A DNA stretch of 64,000 nucleotides. Source: Anaerolineae bacterium. Lineage in GTDB: Bacteria > Chloroflexota > Anaerolineae > UBA1429. The DNA lies in the NCBI GenBank assembly GCA_963675785.1, contig OY776562.1:2624001-2688000 (forward strand), written 5' to 3'. A program made the position numbers and the translations under genes. The notes beneath the pieces are model-generated. The model was given only the letters and a program-made list of their open reading frames with translations. It was not told the origin of the DNA and searched no databases. This document shows positions 50,785 to 62,427 of the stretch, piece by piece (position 1 is the stretch's first letter; the number at the start of each line of letters is the position of its first letter).

Positions 50785-51938
50785 AAAGTTCTTTCTGTGT
50801 ATTACTCATCACAGGAGAATACCCCCCCATGCAGGGGGGCGTTGCTGATTACACGCGCATCATCGCCGAGAACCTGTCTCGCCGCGGCAGCAGAGTGCAC
50901 GTTCTCACCAGTACACGTTCAACAAGTGCCTATGACGACGTCATCGTACACGCCGATGCACCCGATTGGCGCAGGCGCACGCTCAAAGAAGTAAAGCCGC
51001 TCTGCAAATGGATCGAACCCGATGTTATCAACATTCAATATCAAACTGCTGCCTTTGAAATGCGCCCAGCGATCAACCTGTTGCCACGGATGTTGAATAT
51101 TCCTGTCGTGACCACCTTTCACGACTTGTTAGTGCCCTATCTTTTCCCCAAAGCGGGAGCGTTACGCTGGCAGGTCAACCGGATTTTGGCTCGTGAGTCT
51201 ACTGCCATCATCACCACCAATCCAGAGGATTCGGCCCGACTGAGAGAGAAAGAGCATCTGGAAAGGGTGTACGAAATCCCCATCGGCAGCAACATACAGC
51301 CCACCCTGCCACTCAATTTCGACCGCTGGCTATGGCGAAACCGCTGGGAACTCCCCCAAGATGCCCATGTCCTCTGCTACTTTGGCTTTTTGAACCAGAG
51401 CAAGGGAGGTATGGATCTGATCCGGGCCCTCGGTCTCTTGCTCGAAGAGGACCCCAACGTGCATCTCTTGTTCATTGGCGGAGCCACAGGCGCCAGCGAT
51501 CCCACCAATGCAGATTATGCATCTCAGATTCGGCGACTGGTCGTCGAGAACCGCTTGAACGACCACGTACATTGGACGGGGCATATCTCTGATGAAGAGG
51601 TTTCAGCAGCCTTTGCCTGTTCCGATATCTGCGTGTTGCCCTTTCAAGATGGCGTTTCGATTCGCAGAGGAAGCCTCATGGCGGCGCTGGTGCACGACAT
51701 GCCCATCGTTTCCACAGAACCCTTGGTATCCACACCGGGCATTGTCCACGGCGAAAATATCTGGCTCACTGCCAGAGAGCAGCCGCAGGAAATAGCTCAG
51801 GCCGTGCGTCATATCCTGCAAGATCATGTCTTGCGCCAAAAGCTTTCCGATGGCGCCCGCGAATTAGCCAAGCAGTACGATTGGGACAATATCACCACTC
51901 GCATTCTGGAGGTCTATGGTGACGCTTTGCTCCGCTAA
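50781..51938 (+). CDS. GT4 glycosyltransferase
   Basis: GEYPPMQGGVADYT, FGFLN.SKG, RRGSL.AA. Confidence 0.85.
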   Translation: MKSSFCVLLITGEYPPMQGGVADYTRIIAENLSRRGSRVHVLTSTRSTSAYDDVIVHADAPDWRRRTLKEVKPLCKWIEPDVINIQYQTAAFEMRPAINLLPRMLNIPVVTTFHDLLVPYLFPKAGALRWQVNRILARESTAIITTNPEDSARLREKEHLERVYEIPIGSNIQPTLPLNFDRWLWRNRWELPQDAHVLCYFGFLNQSKGGMDLIRALGLLLEEDPNVHLLFIGGATGASDPTNADYASQIRRLVVENRLNDHVHWTGHISDEEVSAAFACSDICVLPFQDGVSIRRGSLMAALVHDMPIVSTEPLVSTPGIVHGENIWLTAREQPQEIAQAVRHILQDHVLRQKLSDGARELAKQYDWDNITTRILEVYGDALLR

Positions 51939-54198
51939 TAACTCGACCAAAAAACAGCGGCACTATGACCTGCCGTTCATTCTCATTCTCGTCGCCTTTA
52001 TCATCTTGGGCGTCATTTATAGCGTCACCACACCAATTTTCGAAGCCTCAGACGAACTTTGGCATTATCCCTTTGTCGAACACCTGGCCACCGGAGGAAG
52101 CTTACCCGTACAGGACCCTGACAACGTAGGCTTGTGGCGCCAAGAAGCCAGTCAGCCACCCCTCTATTATGCTATCGGGGCACTGGCCACCAGCATGATC
52201 GATACCAGCGATCTGAACCAAGTGCGCCAGATTAATCCACATGCCAGCATTGGCGTGCCCACCGATGATCGCAACATCAACATGACCGTGCACAGCCGCA
52301 ACCAGGCCTGGCCCTACAGCGGTACTGTGTTGGCCGTACACATCGTGCGTTGGCTATCGGTGCTCATGGGCGCTGTGACTGTGACCATGGCCTATCTCAC
52401 CACTATGGAAGTGCTGAACGACCGGCTGGTCGCCTGGACAGCAGCAGCCTTTACGGCTTTTAACAGCATGTACCTCTTTATCACCTCGTCGGTGAATAAT
52501 GACGCCCTCGTCACCATGCTGACCTCGATAAGTCTGTGGCTCATTGTGCGCATCATTCGGCGTTACGCCCACAGCAAAGATTGTGGCCTGCCCCGCTGGC
52601 ATGAATGGCTGGTGCTGGGCATCGCTATGGGGGCTGCCTGCCTCTCTAAAACAAGCGGATTGGCTATATTGCCTTTCTCCGCAGTAGCCGTGGGGTTAGT
52701 AACCTGGCGCAACCACTCCTGGAAGGAATTTTTCCGTGGAGCGCTGCTCTTGCTTGTTCCCGTGCTGGCTATCGCTGGCTGGTGGTATGTGCGCAACTGG
52801 CAACTCTATGGCGACCTGACCGGCATGGCCGCCATGGTCAGTATCGTTGGGGCGCGCAACCCCGTGCCCACGTTGGCTCAGTTAGCTGGAGAATGGCGCG
52901 GCTTTGTGATGGCCTTTTGGGGGTTCTTTGGCGGCGTCAACGTCCCTACCCCAAATTGGTTTTACACAGTGTGGAATATCATCGCCACCCTGGGTTTTAC
53001 TGGCATCCCCGTCTACCTTTGGAGACGTAAGCGCAGTGAACCGCTGAGCATCGTGCAATGGCAGCAACTCGGCCTGGTAACCGCCTGGCCGCTGGTAGTG
53101 TTCATCGCCCTCGTTCGCTGGACGATGATGACCATCGCCAGCCAGGGACGACTCATGTTTCCAGCGCTCACTGGCATTGCCTTACTCATCGCTATGGGTT
53201 TGTGCGGCTGGCTACCCAGCAAGATAAAAAAGATCCTCCCCGCCATCTCGATGAGCTGGATGCTGGCCACGGCTATTTATATCCCTTTTGGCATCATCGC
53301 CCCGGCCTATGCCTACCCGGAGATACTCACTGAAGGCGAATTGCCCGATACGATGGTTTCTGTAGAGGCCCAGTTCGCACAGCATGTGGTACTCAAAGGC
53401 TATGAACTCTCGACCGATGAAGCAGCACCAGGCGACGGCATCGAGGTTACCCTCTACTGGCAGGATATCCAAGCCATGATCGAGGATTTCTCTATCTTTG
53501 TGCACCTGGTCGATGATAATGGCGTCATCTTGGCCCAATACGATGTATACCCTGGGCAGGGCAATTATCCCACCACCTTTTGGCAGCTCGGTGATCTCTT
53601 TGCTGATACTATCATGCTCGACATCCCCGAAGGAACCTATACACCCAACGAGGCTTCGGTGGTCGTCGGGCTTTATCGTCTAGAAGATGGCACACGTCTA
53701 CCCGTTTCCGTGGAAGGAACTATCGTGGGCGATTCGGTAGAGCTGGGCAGTGTCGGCCTGCCAGCAACGGAAAAAGATGGCATTCCTAATCCCGTATCGT
53801 TCAATCTGGAAGACAAGATATCTCTCATTGGGTTCTCACTAGACAAGTCCCTGGTGCACCCAGGCGAAACTGTGGAACTCGTGCTATATTGGCAGGCACT
53901 CGCCGATATTGACGTCGATTATTCCGTCTTTACCCATATTATCGCCACCGACAGCACCATCTATGCACAAAAGGACGGCTGGCCGCAAGAGGGCGCCGCG
54001 CCTACATCGAGTTGGGCAGAGGGACAGATCATCGAGGATCACTATATACTAGAGGCATCTGCCGATGCCGTACCTGGCCTGTACGAGCTAGAAACAGGCA
54101 TGTACGATGGAACAGGTGAGCGTCTCACGCTTCTCGGCGATGGAGGCTTTGCCCTGGGGAACCGCATCCTCCTCGGCAACGTCCGCATTGTCGAATGA
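51916..54198 (+). CDS. GT-C membrane glycosyltransferase (PMT_2/ArnT-like) with two C-terminal Ig-like domains
   Basis: TPIFEASDE..H, QPPLYY, VNND, WWY.RN..LYGD, QGRL.FP; repeated LYW...DYSVFxH modules. Confidence 0.8.
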   Translation: MVTLCSANNSTKKQRHYDLPFILILVAFIILGVIYSVTTPIFEASDELWHYPFVEHLATGGSLPVQDPDNVGLWRQEASQPPLYYAIGALATSMIDTSDLNQVRQINPHASIGVPTDDRNINMTVHSRNQAWPYSGTVLAVHIVRWLSVLMGAVTVTMAYLTTMEVLNDRLVAWTAAAFTAFNSMYLFITSSVNNDALVTMLTSISLWLIVRIIRRYAHSKDCGLPRWHEWLVLGIAMGAACLSKTSGLAILPFSAVAVGLVTWRNHSWKEFFRGALLLLVPVLAIAGWWYVRNWQLYGDLTGMAAMVSIVGARNPVPTLAQLAGEWRGFVMAFWGFFGGVNVPTPNWFYTVWNIIATLGFTGIPVYLWRRKRSEPLSIVQWQQLGLVTAWPLVVFIALVRWTMMTIASQGRLMFPALTGIALLIAMGLCGWLPSKIKKILPAISMSWMLATAIYIPFGIIAPAYAYPEILTEGELPDTMVSVEAQFAQHVVLKGYELSTDEAAPGDGIEVTLYWQDIQAMIEDFSIFVHLVDDNGVILAQYDVYPGQGNYPTTFWQLGDLFADTIMLDIPEGTYTPNEASVVVGLYRLEDGTRLPVSVEGTIVGDSVELGSVGLPATEKDGIPNPVSFNLEDKISLIGFSLDKSLVHPGETVELVLYWQALADIDVDYSVFTHIIATDSTIYAQKDGWPQEGAAPTSSWAEGQIIEDHYILEASADAVPGLYELETGMYDGTGERLTLLGDGGFALGNRILLGNVRIVE

Positions 54199-54237
54199 GT
54201 CGGCTATTTTGGGCGGCAATCCTCTGAATGGTAGACT

Positions 54238-56529
54238 ATGGAGAATTCAACAATCATAGAATCTGAAAGCCTTATGAAGGAAAAACTGAGCAAGATTGCA
54301 GTCGAGCATTGGGCGATTATCGCCATCACTGTCATCTTTTTGATCCTTGGAACTATTTACAATTTGACGACCCCCATCTTTGAGGCGCCGGATGAGACCT
54401 CGCATTATCGATACATTCAGTATCTGGCCGACGGCAATGGACTCCCGCCGCTCCAAGTAGCTGATAACGATGTGGAACAGGGCGAAATGCACCACCCTCC
54501 GCTCTACTATTGGCTCAATAGCCTGTTGATACGAAGCATCAATACGGGCGACATTGATGATGCCTACCAAACCAACCCTTATGCCGTCCTCGGCGATGCC
54601 AGCACGCTGGCTAACAAGAACGCCATCATCCATTCAGCCGATGAATCCTGGCCCTATGAGGGGGTAACGCTCGCCGTCCATCGCATCCGTGCTTTTTCCA
54701 CACTCCTCTTTGCCATCACCGTTGTATTGACCTATCTCATCGCCCTACAGGTGATGCCGCATCGCAAAGTCGTAGCTGTTGGGGCAGCAGCTCTGGTAGC
54801 TTTTAACCCGCAGTTCATCTTTATTGGGGCCAGTATTTCTAACGATACCCTGGCAACCATGCTGGCAGCAGTCTCTCTCTATCTGGCCTTGCGCGTCTGT
54901 TGCGGCAAAGGCCAGACATATCGCACGCCTATCATCATAGGCATCGTCGTAGGGCTCGCGGCGCTTACCAAGGTTAACGCCGCCACCGTAGCACTGCTCG
55001 TTCCCGCTGGATACCTGGGTTTTTATGTTGCCAAACCCCAACACCGTTCGTGGCCTGACCTGTTCCGGCCAGTTCTTATCGCCGCCATCACCGCCATCGC
55101 CGTAGGCGGCTGGTGGTACATTCGCAACGGCATCCTTTATGGCGACCCAACCGGTATGGGCGTCATGAAAGAGGTCTTTGGCGTCCAAGCCGAGAATATT
55201 TCGCTTATCACAACGCTCCGCTATATGGCTGAATCTATCACCAGCTATTGGGGCGTTTTTGGCTGGCTCAACGTCAAAGCCGATGAAGCCTATTACGTCT
55301 TTGTCCGTGTCTTCTCTATCATGGGTTTTGCTGGATTGCTCCTCGCTGGTGTTTGGTTGGCCTGGCGCAAGCAAAATATGCAAGAGCGCAACTGGCGGGG
55401 TGCTCTCCTCGTCGGCTTTTGGGCTCTGGTCATGCTCTTGGCCGTGGGATACTTTACAATGACCATTACCCGCCAGCAGGGTCGGCACCTTTTCCCGGCA
55501 GCTCCAGGCATCGCCCTACTGCTTATGATCGGCGTTCTGGCCTGGGTGCCCAGACGCTATGAGAATATGACCGTAGGGGTCATTGCGCTCATCTTTTTGG
55601 GCGTCTCGATCATTACGCCCATTCGCTATATTGCCCCAGCCTACGAAACGCCAACCATCGTCACACTGGATGAGGTTCCAGAGGATATCAACCCGCTGAA
55701 TGTCTCTTTTGGCGATGGCATGTTCCTGCTTGGTTACGACATCCCGCAAACAACGGTCACTGCCGGTAACGTGCTGCCCATTCGCCTGTATTGGGTGTGT
55801 ACAGACCTCATCGATAAAGATCTAACTATCAGCATCAAGGCCTTTGGTCTCGATGAACAAGAACTAGGAACTTTGGATACCTTCCCCGGCGGTGGTAACT
55901 ATGTTACTAGTCAATGGGTGCCCGGCCAGGTCATTTACGACGATTATTTCCTGCTCATCGACAAAGATCTTGAACTGCCCACCGCAGCACCAATCCGCGT
56001 CGGCGTTTATGATCGAGAAACCATGGAGTCTGTCGAGGTGATAGACTCGCGCGGCAAGAGCCTGGGAAACAGCGTACAAATCGCCCGAGCCCGTTTGCTG
56101 CCCATAGAAGAGCCTCCTGTTGAGGCTCAATACCTGGCTGATGCCAACTTTGCCGATCTGATTGCGCTGGATGGCTATGACTTTACCTCAGTACCCATCG
56201 ACGGTCAGTGGGAGTTGACGCTGCACTGGCGTGCCTTGGCAGCACTGGATCAGGACTATACGGTGTTCGTGCATGTTCTCGACCAATCCGAAGAGTTGAT
56301 TGCGCAGCTTGATGAGCAGCCTCTGCAGGCTAGCTATCCCACTAGTTTCTGGGAACAGGGAGAGAATGTGCTCGATACGCACTATATCAGCGTGCCAGAA
56401 GACTTTATGGACGATTATTACACCGTGCGTGTGGGATTATATCTGGTTGATACAGGCGAACGCCTCGTCATTGCCGAGGACTCGCTAACCTATACGGATC
56501 TTGGCCCACTGCTCCTGAACAAGGAATAA
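54238..56529 (+). CDS. GT-C membrane glycosyltransferase, paralog of the preceding gene
   Basis: TPIFEAPDE..H, HPPLYY, ISND, WWYIRN..LYGD, QGRHLFP. Confidence 0.8.
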   Translation: MENSTIIESESLMKEKLSKIAVEHWAIIAITVIFLILGTIYNLTTPIFEAPDETSHYRYIQYLADGNGLPPLQVADNDVEQGEMHHPPLYYWLNSLLIRSINTGDIDDAYQTNPYAVLGDASTLANKNAIIHSADESWPYEGVTLAVHRIRAFSTLLFAITVVLTYLIALQVMPHRKVVAVGAAALVAFNPQFIFIGASISNDTLATMLAAVSLYLALRVCCGKGQTYRTPIIIGIVVGLAALTKVNAATVALLVPAGYLGFYVAKPQHRSWPDLFRPVLIAAITAIAVGGWWYIRNGILYGDPTGMGVMKEVFGVQAENISLITTLRYMAESITSYWGVFGWLNVKADEAYYVFVRVFSIMGFAGLLLAGVWLAWRKQNMQERNWRGALLVGFWALVMLLAVGYFTMTITRQQGRHLFPAAPGIALLLMIGVLAWVPRRYENMTVGVIALIFLGVSIITPIRYIAPAYETPTIVTLDEVPEDINPLNVSFGDGMFLLGYDIPQTTVTAGNVLPIRLYWVCTDLIDKDLTISIKAFGLDEQELGTLDTFPGGGNYVTSQWVPGQVIYDDYFLLIDKDLELPTAAPIRVGVYDRETMESVEVIDSRGKSLGNSVQIARARLLPIEEPPVEAQYLADANFADLIALDGYDFTSVPIDGQWELTLHWRALAALDQDYTVFVHVLDQSEELIAQLDEQPLQASYPTSFWEQGENVLDTHYISVPEDFMDDYYTVRVGLYLVDTGERLVIAEDSLTYTDLGPLLLNKE

Positions 56530-56542
56530 GCCGGTCACTCTG

Positions 56543-59011
56543 ATGAAAACAGATAACACCGCTCTGCGTGTCTATCATGTCGCTTTGGTGGCCCTCATCT
56601 TGCTCTCCTTGGGAGCAAGCTTTTGGGGTATCAGCGACAAAGGGCTTTGGTGGGATGAAAGCCTGAGCCTCCATCGTGCCCAGCATAACCTCTCATATAT
56701 CCTGAGCGGTCACATCGATTTTGGCGACACACAGACTATTGATCAGCATCCTCCGCTGTATTTCATTCTTCTCTCGGGTGTTACTCGTCTTTTTGGCGAA
56801 AGCGACACCGCCCTGAGAAGCCTATCGGCCGTCTTTGCCGCACTTTCTGTCTGGCTGTTGGCCCTGTTGGGCACAGAAATCGCCAATCGAAGGGTAGGAC
56901 TGCTGGCAGCTTTGCTGGGCACTCTATCGCCACTCTATCTCTGGTATGCCCAAGAAGCACGTATGTACACCATGCTGGTGTTCATCACACTGCTTGCAAC
57001 CCTTGCGCTGATACGCGCCTGCAAACGGCGTAGCCTCAAATGGCTCGTTCTTTACGGCCTAGCCACAGTCGCCGGAATTTTCACCCAATACATGTACGTC
57101 TTGATCATCCCGGCACAAGTTCTAGCCGGTCTGCTGCTCATGGGTGACATCAAACCACTTGATCTCAAATCACGCAGACCACGCCACTTTACCTTTATCA
57201 TGGCCATTACATCGGCGCTTGTCGTCTTTGGCCTGGTTCTCGTCTACCTCCAAGTTTCCTCCGTGGTAGAACTAGCCGGGACCGGCAGGTCCTATGTTTT
57301 GCCTCATACCATTCTGATCGATGCGCTGCATTCCAGTCTATACGGGCTGGCTATACATCCCCAAATAGTGATGGCTATTACCATCCTTGCAGGAGCAGCC
57401 ATCATCCTAGGCATCTATAGCCTATCCCGATCCAATGAGGTCGAATCACCAGCCTGCCGACGCGGCCTGCAAGCCTTGTTCATCCTCTGGCTAATAACGC
57501 CAGCACTTGGCTTTTGGATCTACTCACTGCTGTTCGGCCCCGTTTACATGGGCAGCCGCTACGTGATCACCTGTTCACCCGCTATCTATCTCACCATTGC
57601 CCTGGCTGTCGATTATCTCAACCAAAAGACACGTTGGACGGGATGGCTGGTACTGGGCGTCATTATCGCTGGCATGGCTTATGCCACCTACAACTATCGT
57701 TGTGCACCCGAATATGCCGCCAAAGAAGACCATAGAAGTGCGGCACTCTATGTAATGGCAGAGGAGCGTCCTGGGGATTGTATCATCCTGGATGCCCCAG
57801 AGAATTGGGATGCCTTTATGCATTATTACGAGGGCGACTTGCCGGTGATCCCCTTACCCTCAGAGGTCATGAGCGGAGATCCCGATGCCGAACACCTGGC
57901 ACTCGAACTGCAAGAGCTGGTGGAAACCGCCGGCTATACGCGCTTTTGGTTGGTTGAGGGTCGTACCATGTACTCTGATCCCGACCTGCTGGTGCAGACC
58001 TGGTTGGATGACAACCTGCTCCTTCTCGGGGAGATTTTCTTTCCCAGCTCAGGCTCTACCATCACTGTGCAAAGTTATGCTCCTGCTCCCGAGGTGGGCA
58101 CTATCGAAGGGAATGTTGAGGCACTCGTTACCTGGGATTCGCGTCTGGCCCTGTTAGAACAGAATATTCGTTATCAGGTCGTCTATGGCAGTATCAATGT
58201 CACCGAGACCTCTCTGCAAGGCGAGAGTTCTCCGGCCATCGAATCCGACGAATCGATCGTGGTGAGTTGGCAGTTGGCCGTGCTAGACTCGCTAGATGAC
58301 TATAAAGTCTCGTTGCGTCTTACTGACGAACGCGGCGTACTGTGGACACAATCCGATCGCCTTCCCTATCTTTATCTGCCGACCTCGCAATGGATCCCGG
58401 GCTCTATCATGCAACTAGAACAGGATGTACGCATCCCTGCGGGCACGCCCCCAGGCATCTATACCTTGACTGCTGTGATCTATGATGCTGCAAGCGGGAG
58501 GCCGCTCAGTGCAGAAGATGCAGCTACAGGCATAACGACCTTTGAACTCGATCTTGGGCAAATCCAGATTGTAGCCAACCCTACCGCTTCATCGACACTC
58601 CCAGATACGATTACGCAACCTAGCAAGACTTGGCATTTTGATGCACTCGATCTGGAAGGATGGCAAGTGGCCTGGTTGGACGGAGAAGCGGTAGATACGA
58701 TCGCCGTAGATCTGTATTGGCGCGCAGGAGAGGATACAGACGGCGAGCAAGAAGTAATCTTTACCCTGACTAATAATCGCGGTATGGAAATTTACAGCAC
58801 CAGCGACACCCTGACCAGCCAACCAGCTTTTGCACTGCAAGAGGGCCAACAGGTGCTGGGCAAACTGCAATTCGAGCTGCCCGCCGACACAGACCCCGAC
58901 GGTCTATCGCTTTCTTTGGCCTTGCAGGACAGCCAAGGAAATGTCATCCCTGCTACACGGGGGCTATTCTCTTCGTCACAAGAGGCTGTCGAACTCGCTA
59001 TCTGGCCCTAA
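56543..59011 (+). CDS. GT-C membrane glycosyltransferase (GT39/PMT_2-like)
   Basis: LWWDE, HPPLYF, YAQEARMY, many TMs, C-terminal Ig-like repeats. Confidence 0.8.
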   Translation: MKTDNTALRVYHVALVALILLSLGASFWGISDKGLWWDESLSLHRAQHNLSYILSGHIDFGDTQTIDQHPPLYFILLSGVTRLFGESDTALRSLSAVFAALSVWLLALLGTEIANRRVGLLAALLGTLSPLYLWYAQEARMYTMLVFITLLATLALIRACKRRSLKWLVLYGLATVAGIFTQYMYVLIIPAQVLAGLLLMGDIKPLDLKSRRPRHFTFIMAITSALVVFGLVLVYLQVSSVVELAGTGRSYVLPHTILIDALHSSLYGLAIHPQIVMAITILAGAAIILGIYSLSRSNEVESPACRRGLQALFILWLITPALGFWIYSLLFGPVYMGSRYVITCSPAIYLTIALAVDYLNQKTRWTGWLVLGVIIAGMAYATYNYRCAPEYAAKEDHRSAALYVMAEERPGDCIILDAPENWDAFMHYYEGDLPVIPLPSEVMSGDPDAEHLALELQELVETAGYTRFWLVEGRTMYSDPDLLVQTWLDDNLLLLGEIFFPSSGSTITVQSYAPAPEVGTIEGNVEALVTWDSRLALLEQNIRYQVVYGSINVTETSLQGESSPAIESDESIVVSWQLAVLDSLDDYKVSLRLTDERGVLWTQSDRLPYLYLPTSQWIPGSIMQLEQDVRIPAGTPPGIYTLTAVIYDAASGRPLSAEDAATGITTFELDLGQIQIVANPTASSTLPDTITQPSKTWHFDALDLEGWQVAWLDGEAVDTIAVDLYWRAGEDTDGEQEVIFTLTNNRGMEIYSTSDTLTSQPAFALQEGQQVLGKLQFELPADTDPDGLSLSLALQDSQGNVIPATRGLFSSSQEAVELAIWP

Positions 59012-59016
59012 TGCTT

Positions 59017-59496
59017 TCAGGGAACGGCAATCTCAGCCAACTGGGCGCCTGTTATCTCGATGAATCCGGCAATCGGCACCTCCAGATTGATGCCGCGCTG
59101 CCCGGCGCTCATCAGAATGCGTTCATAATTACGAGCAGAAGAGTCCAAAAAGATACGCCAGCCCCTTTGCATCAGCGCCAACGAGGATATGCCGCCAACT
59201 TTGAGACCAGTCAGCTGCTCCGCTTCTTTGTGACTGGCCATACCGAGTTTTTTCTCAGAGGCAGCCCGAGCCAATGCTTTGAGATCAAGCTCGCGATCGC
59301 CAGGAATGACAGCCAACACCGGTCTGCCCTGCATAGGCAGCACAACTAACGTCTTGAATACACGTCCTGGCTCAATGCTCAAGGCCTCGGCAACCTCAGT
59401 GGCTGAATGCAGTGCTTTATCGTAATACCGAGCCTCATAGTCGACTTTGTGCTGCTCTAGAAAGCGCATCGAGTTCAGTTTTTTTTCTTTGGCCAC
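59017..59496 (-). CDS. YbaK/EbsC aminoacyl-tRNA deacylase
   Basis: VFKTLV, ELDLK.LA, TG..VGGIS, SAGQRG. Confidence 0.9.
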   Translation of the reverse strand: MAKEKKLNSMRFLEQHKVDYEARYYDKALHSATEVAEALSIEPGRVFKTLVVLPMQGRPVLAVIPGDRELDLKALARAASEKKLGMASHKEAEQLTGLKVGGISSLALMQRGWRIFLDSSARNYERILMSAGQRGINLEVPIAGFIEITGAQLAEIAVP

Positions 59497-59592
59497 ATCC
59501 CACCTCCTCAATCAACCAAAGTCCAGTATACACAGGAACGTCCTGGTGTGCATCTTGACGCTCTAGGTAGCTCGCCTTATCATCGAGTCGTC

Positions 59593-60561
59593 ATGTTGAA
59601 TGAAAAAAGCTATTCCGCAGATGCCCCCAGCAAGGCTATCCTCCTCGGCGAGCACGCCGTGGTATATGGCCAGTCAGCCCTTGCTGTTCCTATTAGCAGC
59701 ATTCGCGCCCATGCCGAAATTGCTAGTGTAAATCCGGGCATACGCGTACATGCCTTGGATATGGCCCGAACTATCGAGCTCGACTCTCTCCCACGGGATC
59801 CGGGCGACTTGGCTCTCTATACCGCCGTTCATGTCGCTCTGCAAGCTCTGGGTATCGATCCTGCCAGTGCTGCGATGGATATTGCCATTCATTCGGATAT
59901 CCCTATCGCCAGCGGCATGGGCAGCGGAGCCGCCATCGCCACAGCCATCATCCGGGCTATTTACGCCTGGCATGGGCAGGCTATCGAGGCCGATGCCGTT
60001 TCAGCCATGGTCTATGAGAGCGAGACGGTACTCCACGGCAAACCGAGCGGTATCGATAACACCGTCATTGCCCATGAAAAGCCCATCCTTTTTTCGCGTA
60101 GCGAAGGCCTAAGGCCCATCACCATTGCCCTGCCATTGAGTCTGCTTGTAGCCTATACAGGCATTCCCTCTAGAACACGAGATGCTGTGCTGGATGTGCA
60201 ACACGCCTGGCAGAATCGACGTAAAGAATATGACGCCTACTTTGATGCCATCGGCACGCTTGTTCTGGAGGCGCTGACCTGCCTACGCAAAGGTGATAGG
60301 GTAAACCTTGGGCAGCTCATGCTGGAAAACCACCATCTGCTGCAAAAGTTGGATGTCTCTTGCCCAACGCTGGATGCGTTGGTACAAGCTGCTATGAATG
60401 CCGGCGCTTTGGGTGCCAAAATGTCGGGTGGAGGACGCGGCGGCATCATGATTGTCCTGGCCTGGCCAGATGATGTAGCGAACATAAGCCAAGCGCTCAC
60501 TCAAGCAGGGGCCCAACAGGTTTTCCGAACCACTGTAGCACCAACTGGAGCCAGGTCATGA
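59593..60561 (+). CDS. mvk: Mevalonate kinase
   Basis: KAILLGEHAVVYG, P.ASGMGSGAA, HG.PSGID, GAK.SGGG.GG. Confidence 0.92.
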   Translation: MLNEKSYSADAPSKAILLGEHAVVYGQSALAVPISSIRAHAEIASVNPGIRVHALDMARTIELDSLPRDPGDLALYTAVHVALQALGIDPASAAMDIAIHSDIPIASGMGSGAAIATAIIRAIYAWHGQAIEADAVSAMVYESETVLHGKPSGIDNTVIAHEKPILFSRSEGLRPITIALPLSLLVAYTGIPSRTRDAVLDVQHAWQNRRKEYDAYFDAIGTLVLEALTCLRKGDRVNLGQLMLENHHLLQKLDVSCPTLDALVQAAMNAGALGAKMSGGGRGGIMIVLAWPDDVANISQALTQAGAQQVFRTTVAPTGARS

Positions 60562-61667
60562 TCATCGGCATCGATGCCAGTCGCACCACCAGCGGCGAGC
60601 GAACGGGGACCGAGCAATATTCGCTCCATTTGATCCGTGCCATGCTCAAGCTGGATCAGAAAAGCCGATTCCGGCTCTATTGTCGGGACGAACCGCCCGT
60701 AGACCTTTTTGAACAGAGTGAACGAACAGAATATCGTGTGATCCCCTTTCCGCGATTGTGGACCCATATCCGCCTTTCGTGGGAAATGGCCGTCAATCCG
60801 CCAGATGTTCTCTTTGTGCCGTCGCACGTATTGCCGCTCATCCATCCCAAGAATTCGGTGAGCACCGTGCATGATCTGGGATACATTCATTACCCACAGG
60901 CGCATACGCGTTCATCGCGCCTTTACCTGGATTGGTCGACGCGTTACAACGCCAAGCACTCGCGGCAGGTTATCGCCGACTCTGAGGCAACGCGTCAGGA
61001 TTTGATCAAGCTCTACGGAACAGAGAGTAACAAGATCACCGTAGCTTACCCTGCCGGACAAAGAGGGTTGGTTCCTGTCACAGACAACGCTATACTTGAA
61101 CAAGTACAGCAGCGTTACGGTACGGGTGATCGTTACTTTATCTATGTGGGCACATTGCAACCGCGCAAGAATTTGGGAACCCTGATTCGCGCCTTTGCCG
61201 CCATCGCCAACCACGATGAAATGCACTCAATACGTTTGGTACTGGTCGGGCGCAAGGGTTGGCTCTATGAGGATATTCTAGCACTGGCCCACGATGTAAA
61301 GGTGTCGGATCGGATCGTGTTCACGGGATACATCGACCAACAAGACCTTGCACCGCTTTTGAGCGGTGCGCTGGCCTTTGTGATGCCCAGCTGGTATGAG
61401 GGATTTGGCCTGCCCCTGCTGGAGGCTATGACCTGTGAAACGCCCATTATCTGTTCGAACGTCTCGTCGCTGCCCGAGGTTGTAGGTGACGCAGCCATCA
61501 CCTTTGATCCTGCCGATCAAGGAGCACTCGAAAGAGCCTTGTTGCGCATCACTGTCGACCCTGCTCTACGAGAAAACTTGATTTCCCAAGGGCTAGAGCG
61601 AGTGCAGGCTTTTACCTGGGAATCCTGTGCCCGTACAGTTCTCGAGGTATTGCATGGCAACGATTGA
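60558..61667 (+). CDS. GT4 glycosyltransferase (MtfB/WbaZ-like)
   Basis: [28 protein letters not shown]. Confidence 0.9.
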   Translation: MIIGIDASRTTSGERTGTEQYSLHLIRAMLKLDQKSRFRLYCRDEPPVDLFEQSERTEYRVIPFPRLWTHIRLSWEMAVNPPDVLFVPSHVLPLIHPKNSVSTVHDLGYIHYPQAHTRSSRLYLDWSTRYNAKHSRQVIADSEATRQDLIKLYGTESNKITVAYPAGQRGLVPVTDNAILEQVQQRYGTGDRYFIYVGTLQPRKNLGTLIRAFAAIANHDEMHSIRLVLVGRKGWLYEDILALAHDVKVSDRIVFTGYIDQQDLAPLLSGALAFVMPSWYEGFGLPLLEAMTCETPIICSNVSSLPEVVGDAAITFDPADQGALERALLRITVDPALRENLISQGLERVQAFTWESCARTVLEVLHGND

Positions 61668-62424
61668 TACGCTCGCTGACATAGAGAACATTCCTTCCAT
61701 TCGCATACTCGGCGTGCGCGTTAACCGGCTGACCACGACCGAATTCATGAGGCTAGTGGATACGTATATCGTCTCGGGCCAGCCGCACCAGATTGCTACG
61801 GTGAACCCCGAGTTTGTGATGGAGGCGCGACACAATCAACCGTTTGCCAAGGTGTTGGAGACTGCCGACCTGGCCCCGGCCGATGGTGCCGGGCTTGTGT
61901 GGGCCTCGAAATATCTGAGGCAGGCTTTGCCAGAACGTATCGCCGGTTCGGACGCTGTACCGCTTTTGGCCGAACATTCTGCCGAACGTGGCTATCGCCT
62001 TTTTCTGCTGGGGGCTGCGCCTGGCATTGCCGCCCGTACAGCACAGATGCTACAAGAGCGTTATCCTGGATTGTTGATTGTGGGCACCTATGCGGGTTCA
62101 CCGGCACCGGAAGAAGAAGACGTCATCGTAAATATGGTGCGCCAGGCCAAACCTGATATTCTATTTGTAGCTTATGGTGCTCCCAAGCAAGATCTGTGGA
62201 TTGCGCGGAACAAGGAACGTCTCGATGTCCCGGTTTGCATGGGCGTAGGAGGAGCGTTCGACTTTATCACCGGCGTGGCCAAAAGGGCACCCTTGTGGAT
62301 GCGCCGGATAGGGCTTGAATGGCTGCACAGATTGATCCACCAGCCCTGGCGGTGGAAGAGAATGTCTGTGTTACCCGTGTTTGTCTGGCTGGTGCTTTGC
62401 CAGCGTTTCAGAGGGGGAAAATAG
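61654..62424 (+). CDS. WecB/TagA/CpsF family glycosyltransferase
   Basis: TVNPE, ADGAG, GAPKQD.W, GVGGAFDF, RAP.WM...GLEWL.RL...P.RW.R. Confidence 0.93.
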   Translation: MATIDTLADIENIPSIRILGVRVNRLTTTEFMRLVDTYIVSGQPHQIATVNPEFVMEARHNQPFAKVLETADLAPADGAGLVWASKYLRQALPERIAGSDAVPLLAEHSAERGYRLFLLGAAPGIAARTAQMLQERYPGLLIVGTYAGSPAPEEEDVIVNMVRQAKPDILFVAYGAPKQDLWIARNKERLDVPVCMGVGGAFDFITGVAKRAPLWMRRIGLEWLHRLIHQPWRWKRMSVLPVFVWLVLCQRFRGGK

Positions 62425-62427
62425 AGC